Of a stretch of 64,000 bases of DNA, positions 28,038 through 39,200 are shown piece after piece. Below the pieces are notes generated by a model, which saw only the letters and a program-made list of their open reading frames with translations, searched no databases and was not told the origin of the DNA. This DNA comes from a virus, in the IMG/VR virus record IMGVR_UViG_3300009176_000003, positions 4,834 through 68,833 of that record. The stretch is one strand, 5' to 3'. Numbering within the stretch: position 1 is the first letter of the stretch; each line of letters starts with the position of its first letter. A program made the translations under genes and the position numbers.

Positions 28038-29970
28038 CAAACAGATTTTGTATTTCGACCTGGAAACTTATTACGACAGTGAGTACTCGCTCAAGAATAT
28101 GGCCCCGCCCAACTACATCCTCGATCCGCGCTTCGAGGTCATCGGATGTGCTGTACGTCTTGAAGGCGAGGCTGGCAGCCAGTTCATTGATGGCCCGGAC
28201 CTGCCTGCGTATCTTGACCGGCTCGATCCGGCCACCACTACCACGGTCGCGTTCAACGCCCTGTTTGATAACTGTATTCTTGCGTACCGGTATAACTTCG
28301 TTCCGGCCCGCATACTGTGCACGATGCGGATGGCTGTGGCCCTGCGCGGCCACCTGCTGCCGAATTTTTCCCTGGCCAAAGTCGGAAGTCTGCTTGGCGT
28401 GGGCGACAAGGGCACAGTGCTGCACCAGTACCAGGGCAAGCACCGCGCCGACATCGTCGGAAACTATTTGCTGTGGGAAGCCTACAAAGCCTACGCCAAC
28501 AACGACAACGACATGAACCAGCGGATTTATCACACGCTGCTGCCGGAGTTTCCCACGTCGGAGCAGCGCATCATGAACCTGGTCATGCGCTGCGCGGTGG
28601 TGCCGCGGCTTGTCGTGGACACGGCCCTGCTGCAGGGGCACATGGGCGACATCAAGGAGCTGCAGGCGCAGCTTCTCATCGACGCGGGTGCGCCCACCGA
28701 GATGGACGCGCCTGATCGCGCCGACAAGCTGGAGGAGTTCGCCAAAGAATTAAGGAGCAACCCCAAGTTCGAGCAGGTCCTGCTCAGCCGCGGCGTCGAT
28801 GTCGAGTACAAGGCGAGCGCCACCGACCCGGAGCGCAAGATTCCCGCGTTTGCCAAGACCGACAGTTTCATGGGCAAGCTGCAGGAGCACGACGATGTCG
28901 AGGTGCAGGCACTGGCTGCGGCGCGACTGGGCTGCAGGTCGACCATCGAGGAGACGCGCGGCAAGAGAATTTTATCCATCGCAAGTCTGCCGTGGCCGAG
29001 TTACTGCGCCGGTAACATGCCGGTGCCGCTGCGCTACGCCGGCGCGCACACGCACAGACTGAGCGGCGACTGGAGCATCAACATGCAAAACCTGCCGTCG
29101 GGACGCGGCGGCAGGCTCTCCAAGCTGCGCAAATCCATCTGCGCTCCCGCCGGCCACAAGATCGTGGTCGCGGATAAATCGCAGATCGAGTGCCGCATCG
29201 CGGCGTACATCTGCGGGCAGCAGAGCTTGCTCGACGCGTTCGCCAGCAACCGCGACCCCTATGCGCAGATGGCGACGGCAATCTTCGGCTACGAGGTGAG
29301 CAAGCACTATCACCCGGTGCAGCGCTTCATTGGAAAAACAGCAGTCCTGGGCTGCGGCTACGGCTGCGGGCACCAGCGGTTCTTCGGCATGGTGGTGGCG
29401 AGTGCACGCAACCTTGGCATGGACATGGACGCGCTGCGCGAGATTTGGGACATCAATGCCGCCGACAAGGCGGTGAAGACCTATCGCGCCATGAACCGGC
29501 AGATCGCCAACGCATGGACCGCGCTGGACATGGTCTTGCGCACCACCTGGACCATGGGAATACCCACGGTGTCGCGCTTTGGCCCGGTCGAGATCGGCAA
29601 GGGCTACGTGGAGGGTCCCGGCTATTTGTTCATGCGCTACGAGAACCCGCGCTTCGACACCGGCAGCAACACGTTCTTGTACGACTACGCCGGCAAGACC
29701 CACGTCATGTACGGCGCGAAATTCCTGGAGAACATCGTGCAGTTCCTGGCGCGGACCAACGTGATGCACGACGCGCTGCGTATCGCAGATCGCGGGTTTC
29801 CGTTTGTTCTGCAGGCGCATGATGAATTAGCGTGGGTGGTGCCTGACGATCAGGTGAGACTCTGCATGGCGGTGGCGCTGCGCGAGATGCGCAGACCCCC
29901 CTCGTGGGCGGCGAACATCCCGCTGGCTGCCGAAGCCAGCTACGGGCAATCATACGGAGACGCAAAATGA
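28027..29970 (+). CDS. polA: Family A DNA polymerase with 3'-5' exonuclease
   Basis: Exo I YFDLETY, Exo II FNALFD; motif A ADKSQIECR; motif B RFIGKTAVLGCGYG; motif C QAHDEL. Confidence 0.95.
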   Translation: MSSSKQILYFDLETYYDSEYSLKNMAPPNYILDPRFEVIGCAVRLEGEAGSQFIDGPDLPAYLDRLDPATTTTVAFNALFDNCILAYRYNFVPARILCTMRMAVALRGHLLPNFSLAKVGSLLGVGDKGTVLHQYQGKHRADIVGNYLLWEAYKAYANNDNDMNQRIYHTLLPEFPTSEQRIMNLVMRCAVVPRLVVDTALLQGHMGDIKELQAQLLIDAGAPTEMDAPDRADKLEEFAKELRSNPKFEQVLLSRGVDVEYKASATDPERKIPAFAKTDSFMGKLQEHDDVEVQALAAARLGCRSTIEETRGKRILSIASLPWPSYCAGNMPVPLRYAGAHTHRLSGDWSINMQNLPSGRGGRLSKLRKSICAPAGHKIVVADKSQIECRIAAYICGQQSLLDAFASNRDPYAQMATAIFGYEVSKHYHPVQRFIGKTAVLGCGYGCGHQRFFGMVVASARNLGMDMDALREIWDINAADKAVKTYRAMNRQIANAWTALDMVLRTTWTMGIPTVSRFGPVEIGKGYVEGPGYLFMRYENPRFDTGSNTFLYDYAGKTHVMYGAKFLENIVQFLARTNVMHDALRIADRGFPFVLQAHDELAWVVPDDQVRLCMAVALREMRRPPSWAANIPLAAEASYGQSYGDAK

Positions 29971-30146
29971 AAGAGCCAGAAAACTTGCTGGAGCAAATCT
30001 GCATGCAGAACAGCATTCGAGGCAATGGCTCGACCCGCAAGTATCGGAAGAAACCCATATTCAGTGCCACCACCAAGCTAACTAAAATTCTGGTGCATGC
30101 TGGCAAGTCAAAAAAGAAAATAACTCTCGCAGGAGGCACGAAATGA
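29967..30146 (+). CDS. Hypothetical basic protein
   Basis: ATGA overlaps at both ends. Confidence 0.5.
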   Translation: MKEPENLLEQICMQNSIRGNGSTRKYRKKPIFSATTKLTKILVHAGKSKKKITLAGGTK

Positions 30147-30478
30147 AAATCTACCTTGCCGGTCCCATGACGGGACATCCGAATCTGAATTACCCAGCTT
30201 TCCTGGAAGCCGCCATGTACCTGCGCGAACAGGGGCACGAGGTGTTCTCGCCGGCCGAGGCTGATGTCGAGCGGCACGGGCCGGAGATCATGCACCCGTT
30301 CGGGGATGCCGACGCGCATCCGGATTTCTCGCTGCGCGAGGCGCTCAAGATCGACCTCACCTGGATTTGCGAGCACGCCGAGGGCATCGCGCTGCTGCCC
30401 GGGTGGGAGCGCTCCAAGGGCGCACGAACCGAGAAGGCGCTGGCCGACGCGCTGGATTTAGCGGTGATTCACCTGTGA
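30143..30478 (+). CDS. DUF4406 / nucleoside deoxyribosyltransferase-like protein
   Basis: KIYLAGPMTG...NYPAF...VFSPAE...LLPGWERSKGARTE. Confidence 0.85.
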   Translation: MKIYLAGPMTGHPNLNYPAFLEAAMYLREQGHEVFSPAEADVERHGPEIMHPFGDADAHPDFSLREALKIDLTWICEHAEGIALLPGWERSKGARTEKALADALDLAVIHL

Positions 30479-30894
30479 CCGACATCGTGCAGCGGCTTCG
30501 TGCCTACAGCAATCTCACGATGGACGGCATCCCGCTTTACGACGAGGCCGCCAACGAGATCGAGAAGTTGCGAGCACTCAAGACACCGGCATCGCGCCAT
30601 CTGTTGAACATAACGAAGGCGTGCCTTGACGATGCAGAGGCCGAAGTCACGCGGCTACAATCCTCGCTGGACGCGGCCACAAAATACTGGCCGAAGGATG
30701 CCAACGAGATCAAGCAATTGCGCGGGCTGCTCAAGGGCTGTGCCGACGGGTTGGCCGATCAGATCGAGGGCCACTACGCCCAGACCAAGGACCACCCGGC
30801 GATGAAGCGCCGGTATGACCGTGACATGCAGCCAGTGCTGGCCGCGCGCGAGGCGCTAGCCGGCCGTAAAGGAGACACCGATGAGCTACCCTGA
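30475..30894 (+). CDS. Hypothetical protein
   Basis: GTG start; TDIVQRLR...EAANEIEKLR motif common in phages. Confidence 0.65.
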   Translation: MTDIVQRLRAYSNLTMDGIPLYDEAANEIEKLRALKTPASRHLLNITKACLDDAEAEVTRLQSSLDAATKYWPKDANEIKQLRGLLKGCADGLADQIEGHYAQTKDHPAMKRRYDRDMQPVLAAREALAGRKGDTDELP

Positions 30895-31165
30895 GTTTCC
30901 CGCGTTTCTCAAGCGCAACCCCGACAACACGTTCGTCGACAAGAAGCCGTGGGGCAAGCTCACGCCGCTGAAAACAGCCGTGCTCGTGCCGCCCGAGGAT
31001 ATCGCGGGCTGGAGCGATGCGCGCCTCGCCGCCGAAATGGATACCGCGACGGTAACCGAGCGCCAGCCGATGATCCGCGAGCGCAGACGGCGCGATGACA
31101 AAGAACGCGCGCGTGTGAGGATAGCCGAGATGAAGGCAAGACTGGCCGAGCGTGGTATAGAGTGA
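30881..31165 (+). CDS. Hypothetical protein
   Basis: RBS AAGGAG; EFPAFLKR. Confidence 0.65.
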   Translation: MSYPEFPAFLKRNPDNTFVDKKPWGKLTPLKTAVLVPPEDIAGWSDARLAAEMDTATVTERQPMIRERRRRDDKERARVRIAEMKARLAERGIE

Positions 31166-31200
31166 CCACACTGGTCACACACAGAGAAGAAGGGGGCCGC

Positions 31201-31932
31201 ATGGCCAAGGCATTTGCATGGTCGTATTCTAGGTACAAAGCGTATGACACCTGTCCCAAACGCTACTACGAGTGCGACGTCGCCAAGAACTACACCGACT
31301 CCAGCGAGCAGCTGGTCTGGGGCAGCGAGGTGCACGAGGCGCTGCAGGACGCCACCACCGGCAAGCGGCCTTTGCCGGAGAGCATGCAGGACTACCAGCA
31401 CTGGGTGGACGAGATTACCGCCGGCAAGTTCACGCGCGAGGCCGAGATGCCGCCGTGGACGAGACACTTGGCGGGACCGAACTGCACCGTGGTGGTGGAG
31501 CAGCAGTACGCCATTACCAAGGACTTCCGCCCGACCGAGTGGTTCGCACCCAACGTCTGGTTCCGCGGCATCTGCGACGTGGCACGGTTCGACCCGACCA
31601 CGACGGTAGGCTTGGCGCGTGACTACAAGACAGGTCAGGTCAAGCACGACTCAAGGCAGCTGATGCTGATGGCGCAGTGCATGTTCGTGCACCACCCGAC
31701 CCTGAAAAGGTTACGCACCGAGTTCATCTGGCTCAAGGACGACTGCATCACCGCCGAGACGTTCGACAAGAGCACCATCGCGCGGGAGTGGCCGCCGTTG
31801 CTGCCGCTGGTCCGGCAAATGGAGGAGGCATCGAAGACAATGGACTACCCACCCAAGCCGTGCGGGTTGTGTGCGCGGTACTGCCCGGTAATTTCGTGCG
31901 CCTTCCACGGGAAGCGCTACAGAGCCGCGTAA
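31201..31932 (+). CDS. Cas4-like PD-(D/E)xK exonuclease
   Basis: WSYSRYKAYDTCPKRYY, GSEVH, GICD...DYKTG, C-terminal CARYCPVISC. Confidence 0.88.
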   Translation: MAKAFAWSYSRYKAYDTCPKRYYECDVAKNYTDSSEQLVWGSEVHEALQDATTGKRPLPESMQDYQHWVDEITAGKFTREAEMPPWTRHLAGPNCTVVVEQQYAITKDFRPTEWFAPNVWFRGICDVARFDPTTTVGLARDYKTGQVKHDSRQLMLMAQCMFVHHPTLKRLRTEFIWLKDDCITAETFDKSTIAREWPPLLPLVRQMEEASKTMDYPPKPCGLCARYCPVISCAFHGKRYRAA

Positions 31933-31949
31933 TAAAGGAGTACAATATA

Positions 31950-32201
31950 ATGAGCATCGAACGACACATCTCGAAATCGCTGGCTGTTGTCAGAAAACAA
32001 CCCAGCATCAAGCGTGCGATCACCTACATATCGCCGAATGTGACCGTGAAGGTAACGCGACAAAAACGCTACCGCGCCAACGCCAAGCAGCGTACATATC
32101 TGGTCAGCGAAGGAAGCCCGAATTTCCTCGAACGCCGCGCACTAAAGGCGGGCAAGATTAAGAAATACCCGCTGCACGTTTATGAGGAATTTACCGCTTG
32201 A
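31950..32201 (+). CDS. Hypothetical basic protein
   Basis: RBS AAGGAG; lower GC. Confidence 0.6.
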   Translation: MSIERHISKSLAVVRKQPSIKRAITYISPNVTVKVTRQKRYRANAKQRTYLVSEGSPNFLERRALKAGKIKKYPLHVYEEFTA

Positions 32202-32382
32202 CAGACTGATTTGTGGGGAGTACCCACAAAAGGCGGCGGCCGATGCCCTCCGCTTCCCCTGCGGTCGCCGTGTTGAGTGCCGCATCGAAGTAAGCGTTGC
32301 GTAATCAAGTAACCAGCGTGCTCGATATTCATATCGGGCACGCTTGGCGCGTCTGGACCACGCTGCAGAACAGGATGATCCA

Positions 32383-32631
32383 ATGTCGGACGACAACCTC
32401 AAGCGCAACCCCTATCCCGAGTTCGATATCGTCACCGGCAAGACCGTGTGGCGCTGGCGCGACGAGCTGGGACGGCCGCACTACAAGCTTTATTCCGATC
32501 AGATGGCCGCGCTGCACGACCTGCTCAAGTACATAAAATATCTGAACGAGGGTGCCACCATCTGGCAGCAGCTGTGGTGGCCGATCCGCCACGGGCTGTG
32601 GCCGCACCTGCAGAGGCTGTGGCGCGCATGA
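32383..32631 (+). CDS. Hypothetical protein
   Basis: RBS AGGA; couples to VRR-NUC gene. Confidence 0.6.
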   Translation: MSDDNLKRNPYPEFDIVTGKTVWRWRDELGRPHYKLYSDQMAALHDLLKYIKYLNEGATIWQQLWWPIRHGLWPHLQRLWRA

Positions 32632-32966
32632 CCACGCCCGAGGGCCTTGTGAAGATCAAGGTGAAGAAGGCGCTCGACGCGCTGGGCGTCTACTACTTCA
32701 TGCCGGTGCCGATGGGGCTGAGTGCGACGACGCTGGATTACCTGTGCTGCTATCACGGGATGTTCTTCGGCATCGAGACCAAGGTGCCGAAGAAAAAACT
32801 CACGCCCCGGCAGCACGTGGTGGCCAGCGCCATCGTCAAGGCCGGCGGGTTTGTGCTGGTGATCCGCGATGCCGACGACGTCTGGCATATGGATCGGCTG
32901 CTGAAAAACCGCATGGAAGTGTCTGCGATCTACGACACGCTGGAAGGACGGCAATGGCCACTGTGA
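32628..32966 (+). CDS. VRR-NUC nuclease (resolvase-like)
   Basis: TPEGLVK...LDYLCC..GMFFGIETK...LTPRQ...AGG. Confidence 0.88.
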   Translation: MTTPEGLVKIKVKKALDALGVYYFMPVPMGLSATTLDYLCCYHGMFFGIETKVPKKKLTPRQHVVASAIVKAGGFVLVIRDADDVWHMDRLLKNRMEVSAIYDTLEGRQWPL

Positions 32967-34498
32967 CCGTCTCGCGCAAGCACAAGGTTCTTCTCGTTCC
33001 CTCAACACCTGGAGTCGACGCAATGTTCAACGGCGTGCCGGTTACCGCCAGCGGTAACAAGATCATCCCGCACGGGATGCGCGAGACGCTGATGCTGCGG
33101 CACCTCGGGTACACTGTCCCCAGCCCGCTCGACACGCACTACGACTGGTGCGGCGGCAAGCCATTCGCGGTGCAGCGCGCCACCTGCCGCATGCTGACCG
33201 AGAACCCGCGCGCCTATTGCCTGAACCACATGGGCACCGGCAAGACCAAGGCGGCGCTGTGGTCGTGGGACATGCTCAACAAGCAGAAACTGGCGAAGAA
33301 GCTGCTCGTGGTCGCGCCGTTGAGCACGCTCAATTTCGTCTGGGCCAGGGAGATCTTCGACACGCTGCCGGGCCGCAAGGTGACGGTCTTGTACGGCAGC
33401 AGGCAGCAGCGGCTGGAGCGGCTGAAGGAGCCTGCTGATATCTACGTGATAAATCACGACGGGCTGAAGGTCATCGAGAACGAGCTGCACGCCCGCACCG
33501 ACATCGACACCCTGGTGCTGGACGAGCTGGCGGTTTACCGCAACAACTCTGATCGCAGCAAGCGCATGCGCAAGTTCGCGCAGCGGTTCCATATCGTGTG
33601 GGGACTGACCGGCGCGCCAATGCCCAACGAGCCCACCGACGTGTGGGCGCAGTGCCAGATCATCACCCCCAACCGGGTGCCGCGATTCAAATCTCACGCC
33701 CGCGACATGCTGATGCTGAATATCGGGCCGTACCTGTGGATACCGAAGAACAACGCCATCGAGACTGCCTTCTCCTGGATGCAGCCGAGCTGCCGCTACC
33801 AGCTCGAAGACGTGACCGAGCTGCCGCCGGTTATCTCGCGCACCGTCAACGTGGCGATGAGCGACGAGCAGCAGAGTACCTACAAGAAGGTCGCTACCGT
33901 GATGGCAACAATGGTGAAGAACAAGCAGATCACGGCTTTGAACGCCGGCGCGGCGATGAGCAAGCTTTTACAAATCGCCGGTGGGTGGGTCTACACCCAG
34001 CGCCCCGAGTTCGTGCGTGTCGACCCCACGCCCCGTGTCGTGGCGATGGCCGACATGATCAAGTCTTGCGACGAGAAAGTGCTGGTCGCGATACCCTTTC
34101 GCCACATGATAGAGGGGATATCCAAGATCCTATCGATGAAGGGCGTCGACATCGAGCACTGCTGCGTGCACGGGGACACTCCACACCGCGAGCAGTTCTT
34201 CAACCTGTTCCAGAACACCGACAAGTACAAGGTCATGCTGGTGCACCCGCAGTGCGTGTCACACGGGCTGACGCTGACCGCCGCCTCGATGGTGATCTGG
34301 TATCTGCCGGTGACCTCTTTGGAAACCTACGACCAGCTCAATGCGCGGGTCACGCGCATCGGCCAGAAGCACAAGCAGCAAATCCTGCACCTGCAGTCCT
34401 CGCCCGTGGAGAAGAAGCTCTACCGGATGCTGCAGGAGCACCAGAAGATGCAGAACATGTTCCTTGAGCTGGTCGAGGGTGCCACCGATGACGCGTAA
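32954..34498 (+). CDS. SNF2-family helicase
   Basis: MGTGKT, VVAPLS, LVLDE, GLTGAP, HGLTLT, QLNARVTRIGQ. Confidence 0.92.
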   Translation: MATVTVSRKHKVLLVPSTPGVDAMFNGVPVTASGNKIIPHGMRETLMLRHLGYTVPSPLDTHYDWCGGKPFAVQRATCRMLTENPRAYCLNHMGTGKTKAALWSWDMLNKQKLAKKLLVVAPLSTLNFVWAREIFDTLPGRKVTVLYGSRQQRLERLKEPADIYVINHDGLKVIENELHARTDIDTLVLDELAVYRNNSDRSKRMRKFAQRFHIVWGLTGAPMPNEPTDVWAQCQIITPNRVPRFKSHARDMLMLNIGPYLWIPKNNAIETAFSWMQPSCRYQLEDVTELPPVISRTVNVAMSDEQQSTYKKVATVMATMVKNKQITALNAGAAMSKLLQIAGGWVYTQRPEFVRVDPTPRVVAMADMIKSCDEKVLVAIPFRHMIEGISKILSMKGVDIEHCCVHGDTPHREQFFNLFQNTDKYKVMLVHPQCVSHGLTLTAASMVIWYLPVTSLETYDQLNARVTRIGQKHKQQILHLQSSPVEKKLYRMLQEHQKMQNMFLELVEGATDDA

Positions 34499-34706
34499 AT
34501 ACGCCGAGGGCGAGGAGCGCCGCCGCCTGCTGCAGGAGATGGGCTACGACCCCGACGACCCGACCTTCAGCGTCGAGCTGTTCGACACCGAGTACACTCC
34601 CGTTACCGAAATGGAAACAAAGCGCGACCCAGAAGTAAATGAACTCACGACCGCGCTGCAGGAAGCCATAACGGCCATGCAGCGCGTACTTAAACTACTC
34701 ACATAA
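34488..34706 (+). CDS. Hypothetical protein
   Basis: 72 aa; tiles within the operon. Confidence 0.55.
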   Translation: MTRKYAEGEERRRLLQEMGYDPDDPTFSVELFDTEYTPVTEMETKRDPEVNELTTALQEAITAMQRVLKLLT

Positions 34707-34726
34707 AAACAGGAGCACACTGCGAA

Positions 34727-35128
34727 ATGAGCGAAGACATCGAAAACCGCGTAAAACAATATGTCGCAGTCCGCGACATAATCCGTGACCTGGAGCTAAA
34801 ACACGAGGAGGAATTAAAGAAGCCACGAGAGATGCTGGAGAAACTCGCCGGCATCATCCACAAGTTCCTAGACCAGCATAAGCTGGAAAACTTGAAGACC
34901 TCTGCCGGCACGTGTTACATCTCGACTCGCTGGACTGCGTCGGTGCAGGACCCCGACGCATTCATCAATTACGTCATCGAAAACAAAGAGTTCGATCTGC
35001 TGGAACGCCGGGCGTCTGCCACGGCGGTAAAGGCATACGTGCAGGACCACAACCACCTGCCGAGCGGCGTCAGCCTCAATGCGCTGGCGTCCGTGGGTGT
35101 CCGGCGACCCGCAGGCACAAAGTCTTAA
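34727..35128 (+). CDS. Phage replication-module protein
   Basis: RBS AGGAG; LKTSAGT...SVQD...FDLLERR...LPSGV. Confidence 0.75.
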   Translation: MSEDIENRVKQYVAVRDIIRDLELKHEEELKKPREMLEKLAGIIHKFLDQHKLENLKTSAGTCYISTRWTASVQDPDAFINYVIENKEFDLLERRASATAVKAYVQDHNHLPSGVSLNALASVGVRRPAGTKS

Positions 35129-35169
35129 CCAAGAAGTCCCACACTGCGTCCCATTCAAAGGAGTAAAAA

Positions 35170-36252
35170 ATGGGTCAAGAACTACAGGTTCCCGACGCCT
35201 TCAAAGCCAAGGGAATGGCCAAGGTATTCCAGGGCCGCGTCAATCTCGACGACAACCTGGCGGACGGCATCGGGCAGAGCTACCCGATCATCCGCATCAA
35301 GGGCAAAATCTGGTCGATCCAGCACCGGGGCGAGCGCAAGATCGTCTCGCGCCCCGACGACGGCTCGCCCTCCGGGCATCTCGATGTGGTGATTCTCGAA
35401 CAGGCCAAGGGCAAGTCGAAGAGCTACTACAAGAAGTACGACGCCGGAACTTCGGACGGCGACCGTCCGATATGCGCGTCCATCGATGGCATCGTGCCGG
35501 ACGACGACGTGCAAGCCAAGCAAAACGACACCTGTGCGTTGTGCCAGCGCAACGTCTGGAAGACCGACCCCGAGACGGGCCGCCGGGGCCGCGAGTGCAC
35601 CGACTACAAGCGCCTCGCAGTCTTAGTCATGCCCAACCAGACCACGCCGTTGTTCGGGCAGGCTTTGCTGGAGCCGATGTTCCTGCGCGTGCCGCCGGAC
35701 TCGTTGCAGTCGCTGGCGATCATGGGCGAAACCATGACCAACCAGGGCTACCACTATAAGACTTACCTGACGCGGATCAGCTTCGACCCGCAGAAGGCGC
35801 ACCCCAGCATGCTGTTCCGTCCGGTGCGACCGTTAGACGAGAACGAGGGTGCGGTGGTGCTGGAGGTTTCCGATAACCCCTCGATTGGGCGCATCGTCGG
35901 GACCGACGTGGCGACCGGCGGCATGAAGACGGTGTCGACAGCCGCAGAGCCCACCGGGCTGAACACGGTTACCGCCACGGTCACCAAGCCGCGCCCGGTG
36001 GCGGTTGCTAAGCCGAAACCTGCGCCCGAGCCAGAGCCGGAACCGGAAGAAGAGCAACTCAGCCTGCTCACGCCTCCGCCGGCGGCGGTCCCGGTCAAGA
36101 AGCCGCCGCGTGCCGCGCGTGTGGTGCCGGCAGCGCCTCCTGCGGCGGCAGCGCCGCAGAACAACGGCCATGCCGAGGAAGACGTCGATCTGGCCGTCGC
36201 CAGCGACGATGACCTGGATGCCGAGATCGCCAAGCTGATCGCCACCAAATAA
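35170..36252 (+). CDS. Putative single-stranded DNA-binding protein
   Basis: IRIKGK, LDVVIL, PICASIDG..P, CALC; Pro-rich linker and acidic tail; lies between helicase and primase. Confidence 0.6.
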   Translation: MGQELQVPDAFKAKGMAKVFQGRVNLDDNLADGIGQSYPIIRIKGKIWSIQHRGERKIVSRPDDGSPSGHLDVVILEQAKGKSKSYYKKYDAGTSDGDRPICASIDGIVPDDDVQAKQNDTCALCQRNVWKTDPETGRRGRECTDYKRLAVLVMPNQTTPLFGQALLEPMFLRVPPDSLQSLAIMGETMTNQGYHYKTYLTRISFDPQKAHPSMLFRPVRPLDENEGAVVLEVSDNPSIGRIVGTDVATGGMKTVSTAAEPTGLNTVTATVTKPRPVAVAKPKPAPEPEPEPEEEQLSLLTPPPAAVPVKKPPRAARVVPAAPPAAAAPQNNGHAEEDVDLAVASDDDLDAEIAKLIATK

Positions 36253-36263
36253 GGGCGATCAGC

Positions 36264-39200
36264 GTGATGTTGCCCGCCGACTTCATGTCGCGTGTGGTTG
36301 ACTGGCCGGGGGACGACAACGCCCCCGGCTGGGTCAACGTGCACTGGCTGAGCCCCAAGGGCCCCGGCATGCGCGGGCGTCCGTTCAAGCACCTGCACGA
36401 CTTCATGAGCTTCGTGCAGTACGCCGCCAACAAGCCGGGAATATTCAAGGATATTTTCTTCTGTACCTCGACCCAGAAAGACCACGGCAAGGAGTTCCGC
36501 GGTAGATACACGGCGCACCGCCACCACTCCAAGGCGCTGTGGCACAAGGCGTTATTCCTCGACGTGGACATCAAGCCCGAGGGCTACGCCACGCTGAAAG
36601 AGGCGCTGCAGGCGGTGCACGCGTTCCGCCTGAAAGCCGGCCTGCCACCCCCGTCCGCCATCGTGCTGACCGGGGGAGGAATTCATGTATACTGGATCAG
36701 TCTCAAGCCGCTCACCACCGAGCAGTGGCGTCCCTACGCCGAGGGCCTGAAAGCCGAAGTGCTATCATTTGGCTTGAAGTGCGACGTCGGCGTGATCGCC
36801 GATGCCGCGCGTATCCTGCGCGTGCCGGGGACCGTCAACAACAAGCAGGACAAGCCGCGACCGGTGCGCCTGGCGCATCTGGGCGCGAGTTATGATTTTA
36901 GTGATGTCGCGTTTGCCGGCCTGGCCGCAAAGGCCCCTGTCGCCCCGGTGCAAAAAGTTCCGGTTACCGCGGCGGCAACATTTGCAATTCCGCCAGAGTT
37001 CGCCGCCGGGCCGGCAAAAATCCTCGCGCATCTCGATCCCCTGGCGGGCGGGTTCTCCGGGATTGGCGCACGCGATAACGACTTGCCCTTGGACGCCACC
37101 GAGATCTTCAAGGGCTGCAACCATTTTCGCGACAGCGTCAAGACCGGCGGAAAATCCCAGTCGCAGAGCCTGTGGCACCTCAACGCGCTGGCCTGCACGT
37201 GGCTGGACAATGGGAGAACGATCTTTCACGGGATGGCCAGGGGCTACCGGACCTACACCTACGACGAGTCGGACAAGATGTTCGACCGCAAGGTCAAGGA
37301 CCGTGCCCAGTACCCCGACCTGGGCTGGCCGCTGTGCGAGACGCTGGAGAGCGAGGGGGCCAAGTGTGCAGGGTGTCCCTACTACGGCAAACTAAAATCC
37401 CCGCTCAGTCTGGCGGAACGGGTGTATGTCCCGCCCCCGCCGATGCCGCCACCGCCGCCCGAGCTGGAGCTGCCGGAGGAGTACACCGTCAACGAAAAAG
37501 GTTTCATCTGCGAGATCGTCGAGAAGGAAGACCGTCACGGTAACAGCCGGACCGAGTACGTGCCGCTGTTCTGGAGCAAATTGCGCGCGTTCAACGCGCA
37601 GGGCGGCAACCGGCAGCTCCAGTTTCAGACTTCTCTCGATCTCGACAAATGGGGTACAGTCGAGATCAACGAAGCGACCGACCTGATCAACGAAACCACC
37701 ATCGTGAAAGCGCTGCGTCAGCATGGCGTCAAACCCAACACCAGCATCTCGGCCAAGAGGATTATCACGTTTGTGACCAGCTACATGGCCAAGCTGGACG
37801 CCTCCAAGGCACGCCAAAACACCGTGCCGTTCGGCTGGCTGCGCGAAACCGGCGAGATGCCGGTGGGCTTTGCCTACGGTGGAAGGGTCATTCTCCAGAA
37901 CAACACCGAGCGCCAGGCCGGCTACTCCGACAAGCAGCTGGAGAAATTCTATACCCCGACAGGCGATCCCGAGCCGTGGTGGAAACTGCTGCGCATTATT
38001 ACCGCGCGGCACCACCCGGCCCTGGAGTGCATCGTGGCATCCAGCTTTGCCGCCCCCCTGAGTTATGCGACCGGGCTGTACAACGGGATTATCTGTTCCT
38101 GGTCGCCGGGAGGGGGTGCCCACAAGAGCACCTCCATGCAGGTCGGTGCCGCGGTGTGGGGCTGTCCCAAGCTCACCAAGGAACACCCGGGTGCCTCGCA
38201 CAAGGGCATCATCCACAAGATGGGGATGATAAAAAACCTCCCGGTGTACTGGGACGAGATTAACTCCCCGGAACTCATGAAGGGCGTGGCCAGTATCCTC
38301 GGCAACAGCACGCAGGGGTCCGGCGGGAGCAAACTGACCAGCGGGCGCGATTTTCACGTTTACGACGAGTGGCAGACGCTGATGCAGGTGGGCGCGAACT
38401 TGTCGCTGGTCGAGCACATCATCAACAACAGGACCGGCACCGACGCGCAGCTGCAGCGCGTGTTCGAGTTCCAGGTAGAGAAACGCATCGATACCCAGAA
38501 GCACTACAATACCGACAGGCTGTCCAACGCGCTCGACCACAACTACGGCCACGTCGGGGTACGCTACAGCCAGCTGCTCGGCACCAACGTCGAGCGCATC
38601 CACAAGCAGATGACTGGCGTGTTAGAGCGGTTCTCCAACGAGGTGAGCATCCGCTCGGAGGAGCGCTTCCGCTGCGCCGTCGCCGCGACGGTCTACATGG
38701 GTGCGGTGCTGGCCAACGAGATCGGCTGCGACTTCAACGTCAACGAGATGTGGAGCTTTCTCAAGGACGAGTTCCTCAAGCAGCGCCACAAGATCGACAC
38801 CGCCAACGTGGTCGCCGGCACTGGCGAGAACTCGGCCAACTGGACCAGCCATTTCCTCAAGACCAACGCCGACAACGCGGTGTGGATCGACACCATGCCG
38901 TCGCGCCGTCCGGGCCAGCCGCCCGGTATCGTGTGGGTCGCGGGCGTAAACCATCTGCGGCCACGGCCGATCCATGTGCGGCTGTCGATATCCGACCGTG
39001 TCATTGATATTTCCCGCACCAAGTTCTTTGAATGGCTTGTGCTGAAAGAGGTCATACCGTCATCGGTGCTCACTGGCCTCGTGCGGCACTTCGGCGCGAC
39101 CGAGCCTGGTCGTCTCAACCTAGCGGCTGGGGCAGGGGTGCTGGGTGGCGGACGGGAGCCCGTCATTCGCATCCCTGTGCCGGACGATTCGCCGTTCCTG

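Noticed and set aside
31201-31932. Cas4-like gene as evidence of CRISPR-Cas
   Set aside because: No array or other cas genes; stand-alone Cas4-like nucleases are common in phage replication modules
32552-32953. N-terminal extension of the helicase ORF
   Set aside because: Overlaps the VRR-NUC gene; RBS and ATG are at 32954
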